The position numbers were made by a program, and so were the translations under genes. From assembly GCA_965637545.1 (NCBI GenBank), contig OZ281498.1:5084001-5148000 (forward strand): a DNA stretch of 64,000 nucleotides, given 5' to 3'. Positions within the stretch are counted from its first letter, which is position 1, and the number at the start of each line of letters is the position of its first letter. Shown here in pieces: positions 9,503 to 19,408 of the stretch. Origin of the DNA: Phallusia mammillata (taxonomy: Eukaryota). The notes below the pieces were generated by a model that saw nothing but the letters and a program-made list of their open reading frames with translations, ran no database searches and was not told where the DNA came from.

Positions 9503-12500
9503 ATGATGTCTCCATCAAGTGGGCATTCCTCGGCCAGTGGAGAGTTATGGGGCTTCCCGTTAATGCCAAATAAAATCACTGTGGATATTCTTTTGCCCAC
9601 TGGAATCTACATTTCCGTTGACACCACCCGTGAGTGTGGCCTCATACAATTAAAGAGCAAAGCCTGGGAGCTTGCCCGTGATCAACCTCTTTTCCAGCTG
9701 TTATCCGATCAAAGTTCCTATGTATTTGTTGGCATAACAAAGGATGCAAAGCGAGAGGAATTTTATGATGAACAACGCCGGATATGCGATATTCATTTGT
9801 TTCAGCCTGTGATAAAATTGGTTGAGGCCGAGGGCAATCGAGAGGAAAAAATTCTAAAAAGAGCCATAACACAAGCCATTGGAGTGTCAGTCAGTGAATT
9901 TGAACGCACCAAGAACCCAGAAGTTGAAGATTTCAGAAGAAATATTGGTGCAATGTGTAAGGCAGCTGTTGAAAAACGGAATTCGTCCACAAATCCACAT
10001 GACATGATTGCATACTCTCATCCACCCAAGGTTGAATCATCTCCAAATTTACCTAAACACACTTGTGAAAATTTGCTTGGAAAAAACTCTGTCGTGATTC
10101 GTGTGTGGATGACACAGAAAAACTCATATCAAACAAATAAGTCTGTTTGTGTTGCTTACAATGCTACACCTACTGCCATTATTAATGAGGTTTTAAGGAA
10201 GAAATCCCGTTCGATGATAAAGCAAAATAGTAATTCGGACATGCAGAAAATCTATGTGCTTAAAGTTTCCGGCCTAAATGAATATTTGGAAGGAAACTAC
10301 CCCATCAGCCAGTATAAATACGTTCGACAGTGTATTAACAGGGATGAGCTACCTGATTTGGTCCTGGTACAGACACATGATGTTTTAAAGACCCTTTCCA
10401 AGTGCCAAGATTACATGCCAGCAAAAATTCCCAAATACAAACAGGAAACAAGAGTTCACAAAAGCTTTTTTGCTGTGTCAGTGACAGACAACTTTCGACT
10501 CCGTGTTAGCTCTGGAAGTTACCTAAATGTTGGCGATAATCTCTATGTATATGTATGTTTGTACCATGGTACAACCGCACTGTGTTTACCTCAGAAAACA
10601 GTGGAACTTGACAGCACAGAAGCGCCTAAATGGAATCAGTGGCTTGAGTTTAACATTTCTGTTTGTGACATTCCAAGAGCCGCAAAACTGTGCTTATCAG
10701 TTTGTGGTGTCAGAAAGAAGAAGGATGAACATTGGCCACTCGCTTGGGTAAACATTCCTCTGTTCAATTACTGTGGTCAGTTGGTCCAAGGTCAGTACAC
10801 TGTCGGCTTGTGGCACCCGCCATGTCATATGGATGGATTTCTTCATCCTATTGGTATCAGTGGATCCAATCCATGCAAAGAGATGCCCTGCCTTAAACTT
10901 GAATTTGACACCTTTGGAGCTGTAGTCAAGTTTGCGAATGACAATCCAGGCAATGATGATGTGGATGAATATGCATTTCTTGACACATCTCCACAAAGCA
11001 ATCAGAGTCCCAATGATTTTGATGACAGAAATACCAAAGAAACCATCATGCATGTGATTCAGAACATTGCTAATCGTGATCCTTTATACCAACTTACAGC
11101 TGATGAAAAGTCAATGTTGTGGAATTACAGAATTATGTGCATGAGCATACCAGAATCTTTGCCTAAGCTGTTGCAATCTGTACAATGGGAGAAAAGGGAA
11201 AGTGTGAAAGAGATGTATGGAATACTAAGAAATTGGAAGCATGTAGCACCAGAGGTTGCTCTTGAATTACTAGATAGCAACTATCCAGACCCTGTGGTAC
11301 GTCAGTTTGCAACAAAATGTCTGGATATAGGATTGACGGATGATGGTTTGCTGATGTATTTGCTGCAACTCGTAACTGCTTTAAAGTTTGAGGCCTATTT
11401 GGATAATGCTTTATTTCGGTTTTTGCTGTCAAAAGCTTTCACTAATATGAGAATTGGGCATTATCTATTTTGGCATTTAAAGTCTGAAATGCATGATGTA
11501 CAGGTGTCAATGAGATTTGGTCTGTTTCTTGAAGCATATTGCCGATCATGTGGAGCTTACCTTCCACAACTGGTGCGACAAACTGAGATAGTTGAAAAGC
11601 TTGTGAATGTCAGCACCATTTTACAAAAAGAAGATACTGTGTCACAGAAATCTCTCAGAGATCATTTAATGAAGCCTGATTACGAGGAGCTTTTGAACCA
11701 CAATTTAAGTGCCCTAAACCCTGCATGTGAACTGAAAGACCTGTGTGTGGATATGTGTGAGGTCAAGTCCTCAGCAAAGAAACCAATTATTCTTCAGTGG
11801 AAAAGTAGCAACACCATTACTGACTGCACCCCATCAATTCATGGAATACTATTTAAAAATGGGGATGACCTTCGACAAGATATGCTAACTTTGCAGATTT
11901 TGCGAGTCATGGATGATATATGGCAAACTGACAACCTGGACCTCTGTATTTCTCCCTACATGTGTATCTCCATGGGTCAAAATGTTGGCATGATTGAGAT
12001 TGTTAAACATGCTGAAACAATTATGAGTGTGCAAAAGAAGGGTGGTGTTGTTGGATCGCTGCAACTTAGATCAGGTACACTACACCAGTGGCTTAAAGAC
12101 CACAATCAAGGTGAAAAGCAATATCACAAAGCTGTGTACAACTTCACACGATCATGTGCTGGCTATTGTGTAGCAACTTTGGTGCTTGGGATTGCTGACA
12201 GACATAATGACAACATCATGATTAAAAAGAATGGCCAAATGTTTCATATTGATTTTGGCCACTTTTTAAACCACAAGAAAAAGAAGTACGGAATCTGCAG
12301 AAATCGTGTCCCATTTGTTCTGCCAGGTGATTTTATGCGCATAATTTGCAGAGGTGCTGCATCAGATATTGCTAAAACGGATGACTACAAGAACTTTGAG
12401 GATCTTTGTTGCCGTGCCTACCTCTCCCTTCGAGCCAAGGCAAATGTCATAATCAACTTATTGTCAATGATGCTTGGTGCTGGAATTCCTGAACTTACCT

Positions 12501-12664
12501 GCTTTGAAGACATTGAATATGTTCGCAATTCACTTGCTTTAGAGAAAAGCACAGAAGAAGCAGTTTCCTACTTCTTGGGCTGCCTATCTGCTGCTCAGCA
12601 AAAGCAGTGGACCACCAAAGTTGATTGGGTTTGCCATGCTGTCCGACACAGTGTCAGAAAGTGA
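9503..12664 (+). CDS. PIK3CA: Class IA phosphoinositide 3-kinase catalytic subunit (p110alpha-like); single coding exon
   Basis: Uninterrupted ORF with SGELWG N-terminus, ABD/RBD/C2/helical domains, FKNGDDLRQD, DRHNDN, HIDFGHFL and WTTKVDW. An acceptor at 9436 marks a 5' UTR intron. The alpha versus beta/delta assignment is less certain than the family. Confidence 0.88.
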   Translation: MMSPSSGHSSASGELWGFPLMPNKITVDILLPTGIYISVDTTRECGLIQLKSKAWELARDQPLFQLLSDQSSYVFVGITKDAKREEFYDEQRRICDIHLFQPVIKLVEAEGNREEKILKRAITQAIGVSVSEFERTKNPEVEDFRRNIGAMCKAAVEKRNSSTNPHDMIAYSHPPKVESSPNLPKHTCENLLGKNSVVIRVWMTQKNSYQTNKSVCVAYNATPTAIINEVLRKKSRSMIKQNSNSDMQKIYVLKVSGLNEYLEGNYPISQYKYVRQCINRDELPDLVLVQTHDVLKTLSKCQDYMPAKIPKYKQETRVHKSFFAVSVTDNFRLRVSSGSYLNVGDNLYVYVCLYHGTTALCLPQKTVELDSTEAPKWNQWLEFNISVCDIPRAAKLCLSVCGVRKKKDEHWPLAWVNIPLFNYCGQLVQGQYTVGLWHPPCHMDGFLHPIGISGSNPCKEMPCLKLEFDTFGAVVKFANDNPGNDDVDEYAFLDTSPQSNQSPNDFDDRNTKETIMHVIQNIANRDPLYQLTADEKSMLWNYRIMCMSIPESLPKLLQSVQWEKRESVKEMYGILRNWKHVAPEVALELLDSNYPDPVVRQFATKCLDIGLTDDGLLMYLLQLVTALKFEAYLDNALFRFLLSKAFTNMRIGHYLFWHLKSEMHDVQVSMRFGLFLEAYCRSCGAYLPQLVRQTEIVEKLVNVSTILQKEDTVSQKSLRDHLMKPDYEELLNHNLSALNPACELKDLCVDMCEVKSSAKKPIILQWKSSNTITDCTPSIHGILFKNGDDLRQDMLTLQILRVMDDIWQTDNLDLCISPYMCISMGQNVGMIEIVKHAETIMSVQKKGGVVGSLQLRSGTLHQWLKDHNQGEKQYHKAVYNFTRSCAGYCVATLVLGIADRHNDNIMIKKNGQMFHIDFGHFLNHKKKKYGICRNRVPFVLPGDFMRIICRGAASDIAKTDDYKNFEDLCCRAYLSLRAKANVIINLLSMMLGAGIPELTCFEDIEYVRNSLALEKSTEEAVSYFLGCLSAAQQKQWTTKVDWVCHAVRHSVRK

Positions 12665-14484
12665 CTTCTGTGTTTGAACTTGTTTATTTTGTGTCTGAGA
12701 TGTAATGCATCCATTACATGTTGCTCCCCAATGTAAAAGGCAATACCTATTTTTTGTTGGTTTCTAAGTTTCATTGGTTCCAAATAACAACTGGACCACA
12801 AAACTGAGAAAATAGCACACACTTTTGTCCCGGGCCAATAATGCTAAATGCATGGTACTCTATATTTCAGGATTGGTAATCTTTGTCTTTAATTATAACA
12901 CAAGTTAAAAGATCCTTGAACATTCCCATTTATTTGATAGAAGGTATGCTATTTGATGCAGGATTTTATTGTGTGGTACAATATACATTATTGATGTGTT
13001 TTTATATTTTTTTTACTTAAATGAGTGCTTTTGTTTGGCCTAAAACAGTTTCAAATGTGTTCTGTGCGCCTTAGTACAGTGCCGGAACTTTAATGTTCCA
13101 TTTTGTACATATATATACCAGTTCCAAATGTACGTGCTAAAAATGTCCTTTTTTGTGTTTCATATTTTTTGTGCAATTATTTGGTTTGTTCTTCCTGATT
13201 GTTACTGTTTAAATGAAACCACTAACATCACAGTTTTGCAATTTGGTAAATCTTGAAGCCTCTTTGTGTGATGGTATGATTTACAGATAATATGGCTCAA
13301 AAAAAATTAAAATTTGGTGCCAAAAAGTTGAAGGTGTAAATATATGTATATTTGTTTTATTTTGCACATCTACATACGTTTTTTGGTGGTAAAAAAGATG
13401 GTCACAAAGGTGTTAAATGGTAACTGTATTACCAAGTTATAATGGCCATTGCTGAAATCTACTTCCAACCACTGGCTTAAGTGTGGCAATTTTGCAAGAA
13501 AAATATAACTTGAATATCTTTCATTTTTGCACTTGAGTGATGTGTATGGTTGTATGACAGTTGTCCTTTACTGATTGTCATGCCGTACATGTTTTGACCT
13601 GTAACAGCCGCTGGTATGTGGGTACGTTTCCATTGACGTACCTCACTGTTCTGAGATTTTCGTCTTCAATGTCTATATCTGTGACCTTCTCCATCCATCC
13701 ATTCACCTTTATCAGCATACTTGTGTGCGTTTATGATTCTTTCGTTATTCGTTAGTGGCGTTCTTATTAAACAAATTTCTGCGTATTTGTGTGCGTCAAA
13801 ACGTTGAGTTGTTTGGGACAGATTTTTGCCAGACAAAAAATGCTAATCTTTGGGCAAATAGTCTTCACCAAAACCGATATGTTGTTGCTAAGACTGGCCG
13901 TACGATATGTAGCTAAAATCATCAAAAAGTACGGTATGCAAAGAACAATGAAGTACGGGTACATTGTGATGGTACACAGAATCAATTATGGTTGATGAAA
14001 TGGTTGTTTTTCGGTCGTTTCCATTTGCGAAGGATATTGCAGCTTTGCAATTGACCAAAACATTTTAACCTGTTTACCACGTGATTTCATCGCAATCTCA
14101 CCGTACCCTGCAATGTAATTCCCGGTCACATAACGCTTGTAGTAACGGTGCAGCTGCAGCGCGTTTACCATCCATACACCAAATGTCCCGTCAACTTTGT
14201 CGCGCTTGTACGTATCAACGCTGCGCACCTGGCAAAACAAACTCAACTACTAAACCAGAAGAAATAAATGTTGCTGACGTCATGGCTTTATATTTGGTGC
14301 TTATAGTTGGATGATAGCTTTGTAAAAAAATATTCGCGCTCTTTGGCTGCAGTTGCATTGCCCTTAATGATACAACAAATCTGTCTCTTAACCTGGCTCA
14401 AAAATTAGAGTGTGAACTCAAAAATCCCTGAGCGTGTCAAGGTTACAGGTTTGTCAACTGTATTATCAAAAAATCGCACATGAA

Positions 14485-14940
14485 AATAACAGAGACGGTT
14501 GGCCGAAACATTTTGGCCAAATATGCTGTTTTCAATAATTCGGTTTCGGCCCCAACTTTTTTGAAAACTCGGCCGAAACCGAACTTTTTGACTGCATGGA
14601 ATTAATGCATAAACTTTCATTTTCGCCAAAACGAAACACCATAAATTAACTAATTGCTGTATCTATTTTGCAGACAACGTGGCTCGTATTTTTTATAGAT
14701 TCTATATAAAATACGAGCATGGGCGCCGCCACCTATGGGCAAGAGGGGTCACTTTCTGCCGGCGCCCATGAATACGAGCCACGTTGTCTGCAAAATTTTA
14801 CAAGTTTAGTAAAGCTTCCGCATTGTGAAAGTGATTTGAAGTGTCATAATTGAGTGAACTCTCATCAACAACACAAGGTGTAATTGAAAACAACTTCCAA
14901 AAGGGATTCTAGGTTCGGCCTAAATTATCCGGCCCGGTTT
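14485..14940. mobile_element. Degenerate copy of the ttcggccgaa-rich hAT-like MITE family (intact copy at 42659-43073)
   Basis: Shares long blocks with the 42.7-kb copy (ggttggccgaaacatt, ggccgaaaccgaacttttt, tacgagccacgttgtctgcaaaat). Confidence 0.8.
14718..14770. mobile_element. 53-bp mini-MITE nested in the larger MITE
   Basis: TIR catgggcgcc / ggcgcccatg, 8-bp TSD aatacgag. Absent from the 42.7-kb copy. Confidence 0.8.
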
Positions 14941-15479
14941 TTACAACTCTTCAAAAGATCAAGCTTTTTTTGTAACATTTCAGAAACGACAAAAGTGTTG
15001 CCAGGCATTTGCACAAGCAAATACCAAGCTAACTTTCGCCGAAAAACAATTCGTTTAGGTTTGTTGCATGAAAAACACTGAGGAAAACTCACATTTACAG
15101 TACTATCACAGGCTGTACACAATTCGCACAGAAAGAAATTAGCGACCTGGTGTTGTAGTAGAATGTAGACCAATGACAATTTTGTTTGCAGTACGACTGG
15201 AAGTGGGTTAAGATTTTAACATTATTCTGCTTCAGTACCTTAATCACAGTTACTCATGCGTCACGAAATACGTATCGGCACGTGACAACTGACAAGTTTC
15301 TCTTGCTTTCGGATCAAAATAAATAAATAATAGGACGTTGCAAGCAAAATAAAAACTTAAAATGCTTAATTAAAAATGTTAAAAAAGTTGGAGTTACAAA
15401 ATACTACGTCGAAACACCAAAGGAGGTTATAAGTGTTATGCATTGTACTTTCAGGCATTTGTTTGCGATGAAATAGAAC

Positions 15480-16968
15480 ATGTATAAAACGATTTGGGTA
15501 TTGTTAATTGTCCATTGTGTGCAAATTTCATGTGAATGTATTTTGAAAGATCCGTCAGACAAATTGTCACAGTCGCTTTTGAAGAAACTTGACCCACTAA
15601 AAGAATATGTGTAAGTTAAACTTGTTTAGAACTTCGTAAAATATACATTTATTTGTGCTTTTCTTATATCATAACTTCATACATTACCATAACACCACTT
15701 GCTAGGAGTCAAGGACCAACAACATGTCTTCTTACCTAGCAATAGTCTGTATTCTTTCACCGTTATTTGCCAACATCACTTACCGGGTATTAGTTCATTG
15801 CATCAAATTTTATGAAAAATCGGAGCAAAAAAATCAGAGCCAGTATATTGGTGTATAACATAACAACGTTACACCAATATACTGGCTCTGATTTTTTTGC
15901 TCAGATTATTCAAAACCGTGAATAGTGTACCTAAGTTTATGAAAAATATAGTTACAGTTATGTGTAATGGGTGCCATTCTTCCTTTGCAACATTTAATTG
16001 CAGCAGATACATCTTTACAGTCATTGCACATTCAACATTGTTAATTTTCCACCCAAACCGTCAGATCTAAAACACTGTTTACACCTAACTTTAGGTTTAA
16101 GGACACCTATAAAGATGAAGAACAAGACAAATATATTTATACAATGAGGATCTGTGAGTCTGTTTCTTCAAAATTAGAATATGTGGGGGTTATCCAAGAA
16201 GATGTTGTTGCACCTCCAGATGGTCTCTCAACGAGAAAAATTGGCCTGACCAACAGCACTGTTATAAAAGGAGGCAGAGACTGGATAATGCTTACATACA
16301 TGAATGGCGACAACTACCATAGTCATTGTAGTAAATCAAAAAGGCAGGCTCATATTATGATTGTATGTGATCCATATCACCTCAAGGTATGTTGATTATG
16401 GAAAAGAGAATTTCATATTTGATTGTAAACAGCAACCCCTTCTCAGGGAAGATTTAAAGTGCTGTATGAAGAGCCTGACTTGGAAACTGAAAGTGAATGC
16501 TTTTACATGATGGAGGTTGCCAGCAGTGTGGCTTGTTCCCAGCAAGGTCTTAGTACTGGTTCAGTTATGTTAATAGTGTAAGTATTTTATTTGGCGTTAC
16601 TACACAAAATGAGAACCATTTTAGCTTGAAAACATATTTTGTGCAGATTTTTTAGTGTGCTTGGTACATACTTGATTATTGGAGCAATCTACAAACGATG
16701 CATGTACGGATCAAAAGGCAAAGACCAAATACCTAACATCGGTTTTTGGAAATCATGTGGTACATTACAGGCTGTATGTCAATTGGAAGCTGTTAAAACG
16801 GTTAATCAATTTTTCCAGTAATACTGTTTCTATTGTTTATTGTAGGATGGATGCAACTTTCTATGCAGATGTCAAGAAGGGGCATACAGTGATAGTAGAC
16901 CTTACCATGGTATTGCCGATGATCAGCTAGATGATGAAATAGATGACGAACACTTGTTACCCATGTGA
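15480..16968 (+). CDS. M6PR: Cation-dependent mannose-6-phosphate receptor (P-type lectin); exons 15480-15610, 16095-16386, 16447-16577, 16647-16773, 16846-16968
   Basis: Signal peptide, WIMLTYMNGD..HC, CFY..E..SSVAC, TM segment, QIPNIGFW, and C-terminus YHGIADDQL...DEHLLPM matching CD-MPR. Phases consistent. Confidence 0.93.
15823..15902. repeat. Perfect 33-bp inverted repeat with 14-nt spacer in M6PR intron 1
   Basis: gagcaaaaaaatcagagccagtatattggtgta ... tacaccaatatactggctctgatttttttgctc. Confidence 0.9.
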
Positions 16969-17313
16969 AGATGTTTTTTATTTGTGGCCTTGGAAATGGC
17001 CAAATCAAATTGTGCAATACTGGTAACAGAGGCAGTAATTTAAATCCCCAGAAATTGCCTTTTTTTAATTTTTTGACTGCAACATTTAAGATTAAATGCT
17101 GCCCTGATTTATCTACTGCTTGTTATTAGGTACAATATAATTTTGAGTATTCCAGGTTGTCAGTTTGAAATTCATGAAGTAAATACTATATCTATGTACC
17201 AACGAATTCACACCAAATATCCATGTGCACTATGCAGTTATTTCATCTGATGTGAATAAATCCACAATTTATTTTGTGCTGTGGTGTGTTATTTCCGACT
17301 GAACGCCATCATA

Positions 17314-19171
17314 TCAGAAGGTGGGGATTTCAAACATAATGAAAACAACAGCTTTATTTTTTATCAGTGCGATTTCGAACAATTCTTACTCGCATAAATT
17401 CTCTTAATTCAGCCTCAGTAAGAGTCTCTTTCCATAGGTTTTGCTCAAACCAGTTATTGACAAGTTTACTTTTCTCTTCTTCTGTCAGCTTTGGTGGTTC
17501 TTTTTTCAATCCTAATTTTTTCCATTCTCTGCAAAAGGAAACAGTTGTTTAATGTAGTACAAAATTCAGTTAAGTGAGGTCCTTATATTTTATGTAAAGT
17601 TGTTTTAACATTTTTTCTAAAAATAAAAACAGAAGAGCCTAAGATATAGAAGGCTTTTGCCTAAGTATGTGAATTTATGGTTGAAGTTGTAATAGCGAAT
17701 CATAGCAAACATTCCAAGACAATTTCTGACCAATCTTTAAATATGAACCTCAAAAGGTTATGTGTGAATAAATCCTCGTTCACCTTTTGTTGGTTAACAG
17801 GCAAAACTGGGTAATTATAAGCAGTTCACAACTTTAAGAAACCTAAAGTTTAAATAGATTTGATCCACTTTTTCAGGCAATGGGTAAAAGGTAGACCAGA
17901 CCAGACCAAAGAAAAACTTGGACCAAACAATCATTATTTAAAGGTAGAAAGATGATTTTCATTTAAAACTACCTTTAAACCACACGCTTAAAAAAATCCC
18001 AAGTCCCCATCCTCCCGGAAGAGGAATGGAAGTAAGATGAACTTTACATTCATTAACCCCTTGTAAATCCTCAAACTCATTGTTAGATAACAAATTATAC
18101 ATCATCTGAAAGGTATTTAAAATATCTTTCGTTTGGTGTAAGTTTCATACTTCAGCAAAGATGTTACGACAGCAAACACGCAGGAAAACTGAAAAAAAGT
18201 CCTCATTAATGATCGAAGCAGGAAAAGACCACCTATACCTCCATTTTTATCATAAAATCATACAGTTTCTACCTTTAAATAATGATTTTATTGTTTTAAT
18301 AAATACAACATATCCACAGCGCTACAAGGCGCCACTGGTCCAAGTTTTTCTTTGGTCTGGTCTGGTCTACCTTTTACCCATTGCCACTTTTTCATGATCA
18401 AAACAGGAAAAACATGCTACACCACACAGAAAAAAAATATAAAAACAAGATATGTCCCTTTATTAAAGACAACCCATAATAAATTAGACACAATGCCTCA
18501 GTGTACTTTGGGAAAAGAGGGCCTTCTTTTATAGGTCCAGGCAAATAGTATTTGCAAACCCATGCCTTACGACAATTGTAATGTTTCGTAGAAAGTATTA
18601 ATGTAGAAAAATTACAATGAAACATACAGTTTAAGCTCCTGTGCATGCTTTTTCTTTCTGTTTCTCAGTTTTGCAGTAATTTGTTGAACATAAAGTTTTT
18701 TATGTTGCTGTCTCCATCTTAGAAGTCTATAACAATAAAAAAATAGGCAATTTTATGGCAAACAAAATTCTTTGCAAAACCAAACCTGTGTCTTCTCATC
18801 CTTCTTTGTCGCCAAAATAAATCCTGTTTGTTTGCTTTAATTCCATTGTTACTATTAGAAACAGGACAATCACCAATCACTGTTTTTTCATTTTCAAAAG
18901 CCGAATTGTTATCAGTACGAGGGACTTCATATTCAAAAATGAATCTGTCTAAAATACTTGGACACATTTTTTCTTTTGCAGTGTGTGGTAGGAAAGGTAT
19001 AGTCTTTGCCTCCTTTACAAGGTTATTTGTTAGAATTGGATTTTTCGGTGGAATTGTATGTGGAACAATTTTTGGAATAGATATTGAGCATCCATTGATG
19101 AATGTTGATAAAAATCTTGTGTATACACTCACTACATTCTTTTTGACCAGAACTTTGTTAATTGTGTTCAT
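17314..19171 (-). CDS. AURKAIP1: AURKAIP1 / mitochondrial ribosomal protein mS38-like; exons 19171-18786, 18717-18628, 17528-17314
   Basis: Presequence-like N-terminus, then basic RQRRMRRHRRWRQQHKK...RKKKHAQELKLEWKKLGLKKEPP, resembling mS38 (RRRKMNHHKYRK...IWLKAGLKEAP). Phases consistent. Confidence 0.7.
17876..18385. mobile_element. Mutator/foldback-like MITE in AURKAIP1 intron
   Basis: About 50-bp TIR ggcaatgggtaaaaggtagaccagaccagaccaaagaaaaacttggacca, an inner IR aatcattatttaaaggtagaaa, and 9-bp TSD actttttca. Confidence 0.85.
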
Positions 19172-19408
19172 TTTTATTTCAAGGCAAAATCCACATGTTA
19201 ATGAGTTGTTAGAAAATCAAGAAACACCTAAAAAACATAACCAACTGTTTATGGACATGTCCCAGGTTTTCTAAATAAACAACATCAATAAATATATTGC
19301 TAAACAACACACCTACAATATTATTAATGATTTTTAACAATCAAGTGTCTAAATATAGTGTCAGATTACGACAGTTTATAATTGGCCATGTAGCTCATTA
19401 CAACAAAT

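Noticed and set aside
6463-12664. Horizontal transfer as the cause of the intronless EPHX2/PI3K ORFs
   Set aside because: Both have metazoan-specific domain architectures, upstream splice acceptors and host-like base composition.
18828-19274. 148-aa hydrophobic plus-strand ORF
   Set aside because: It is an antisense shadow of the AURKAIP1 first exon, with no recognisable domain.
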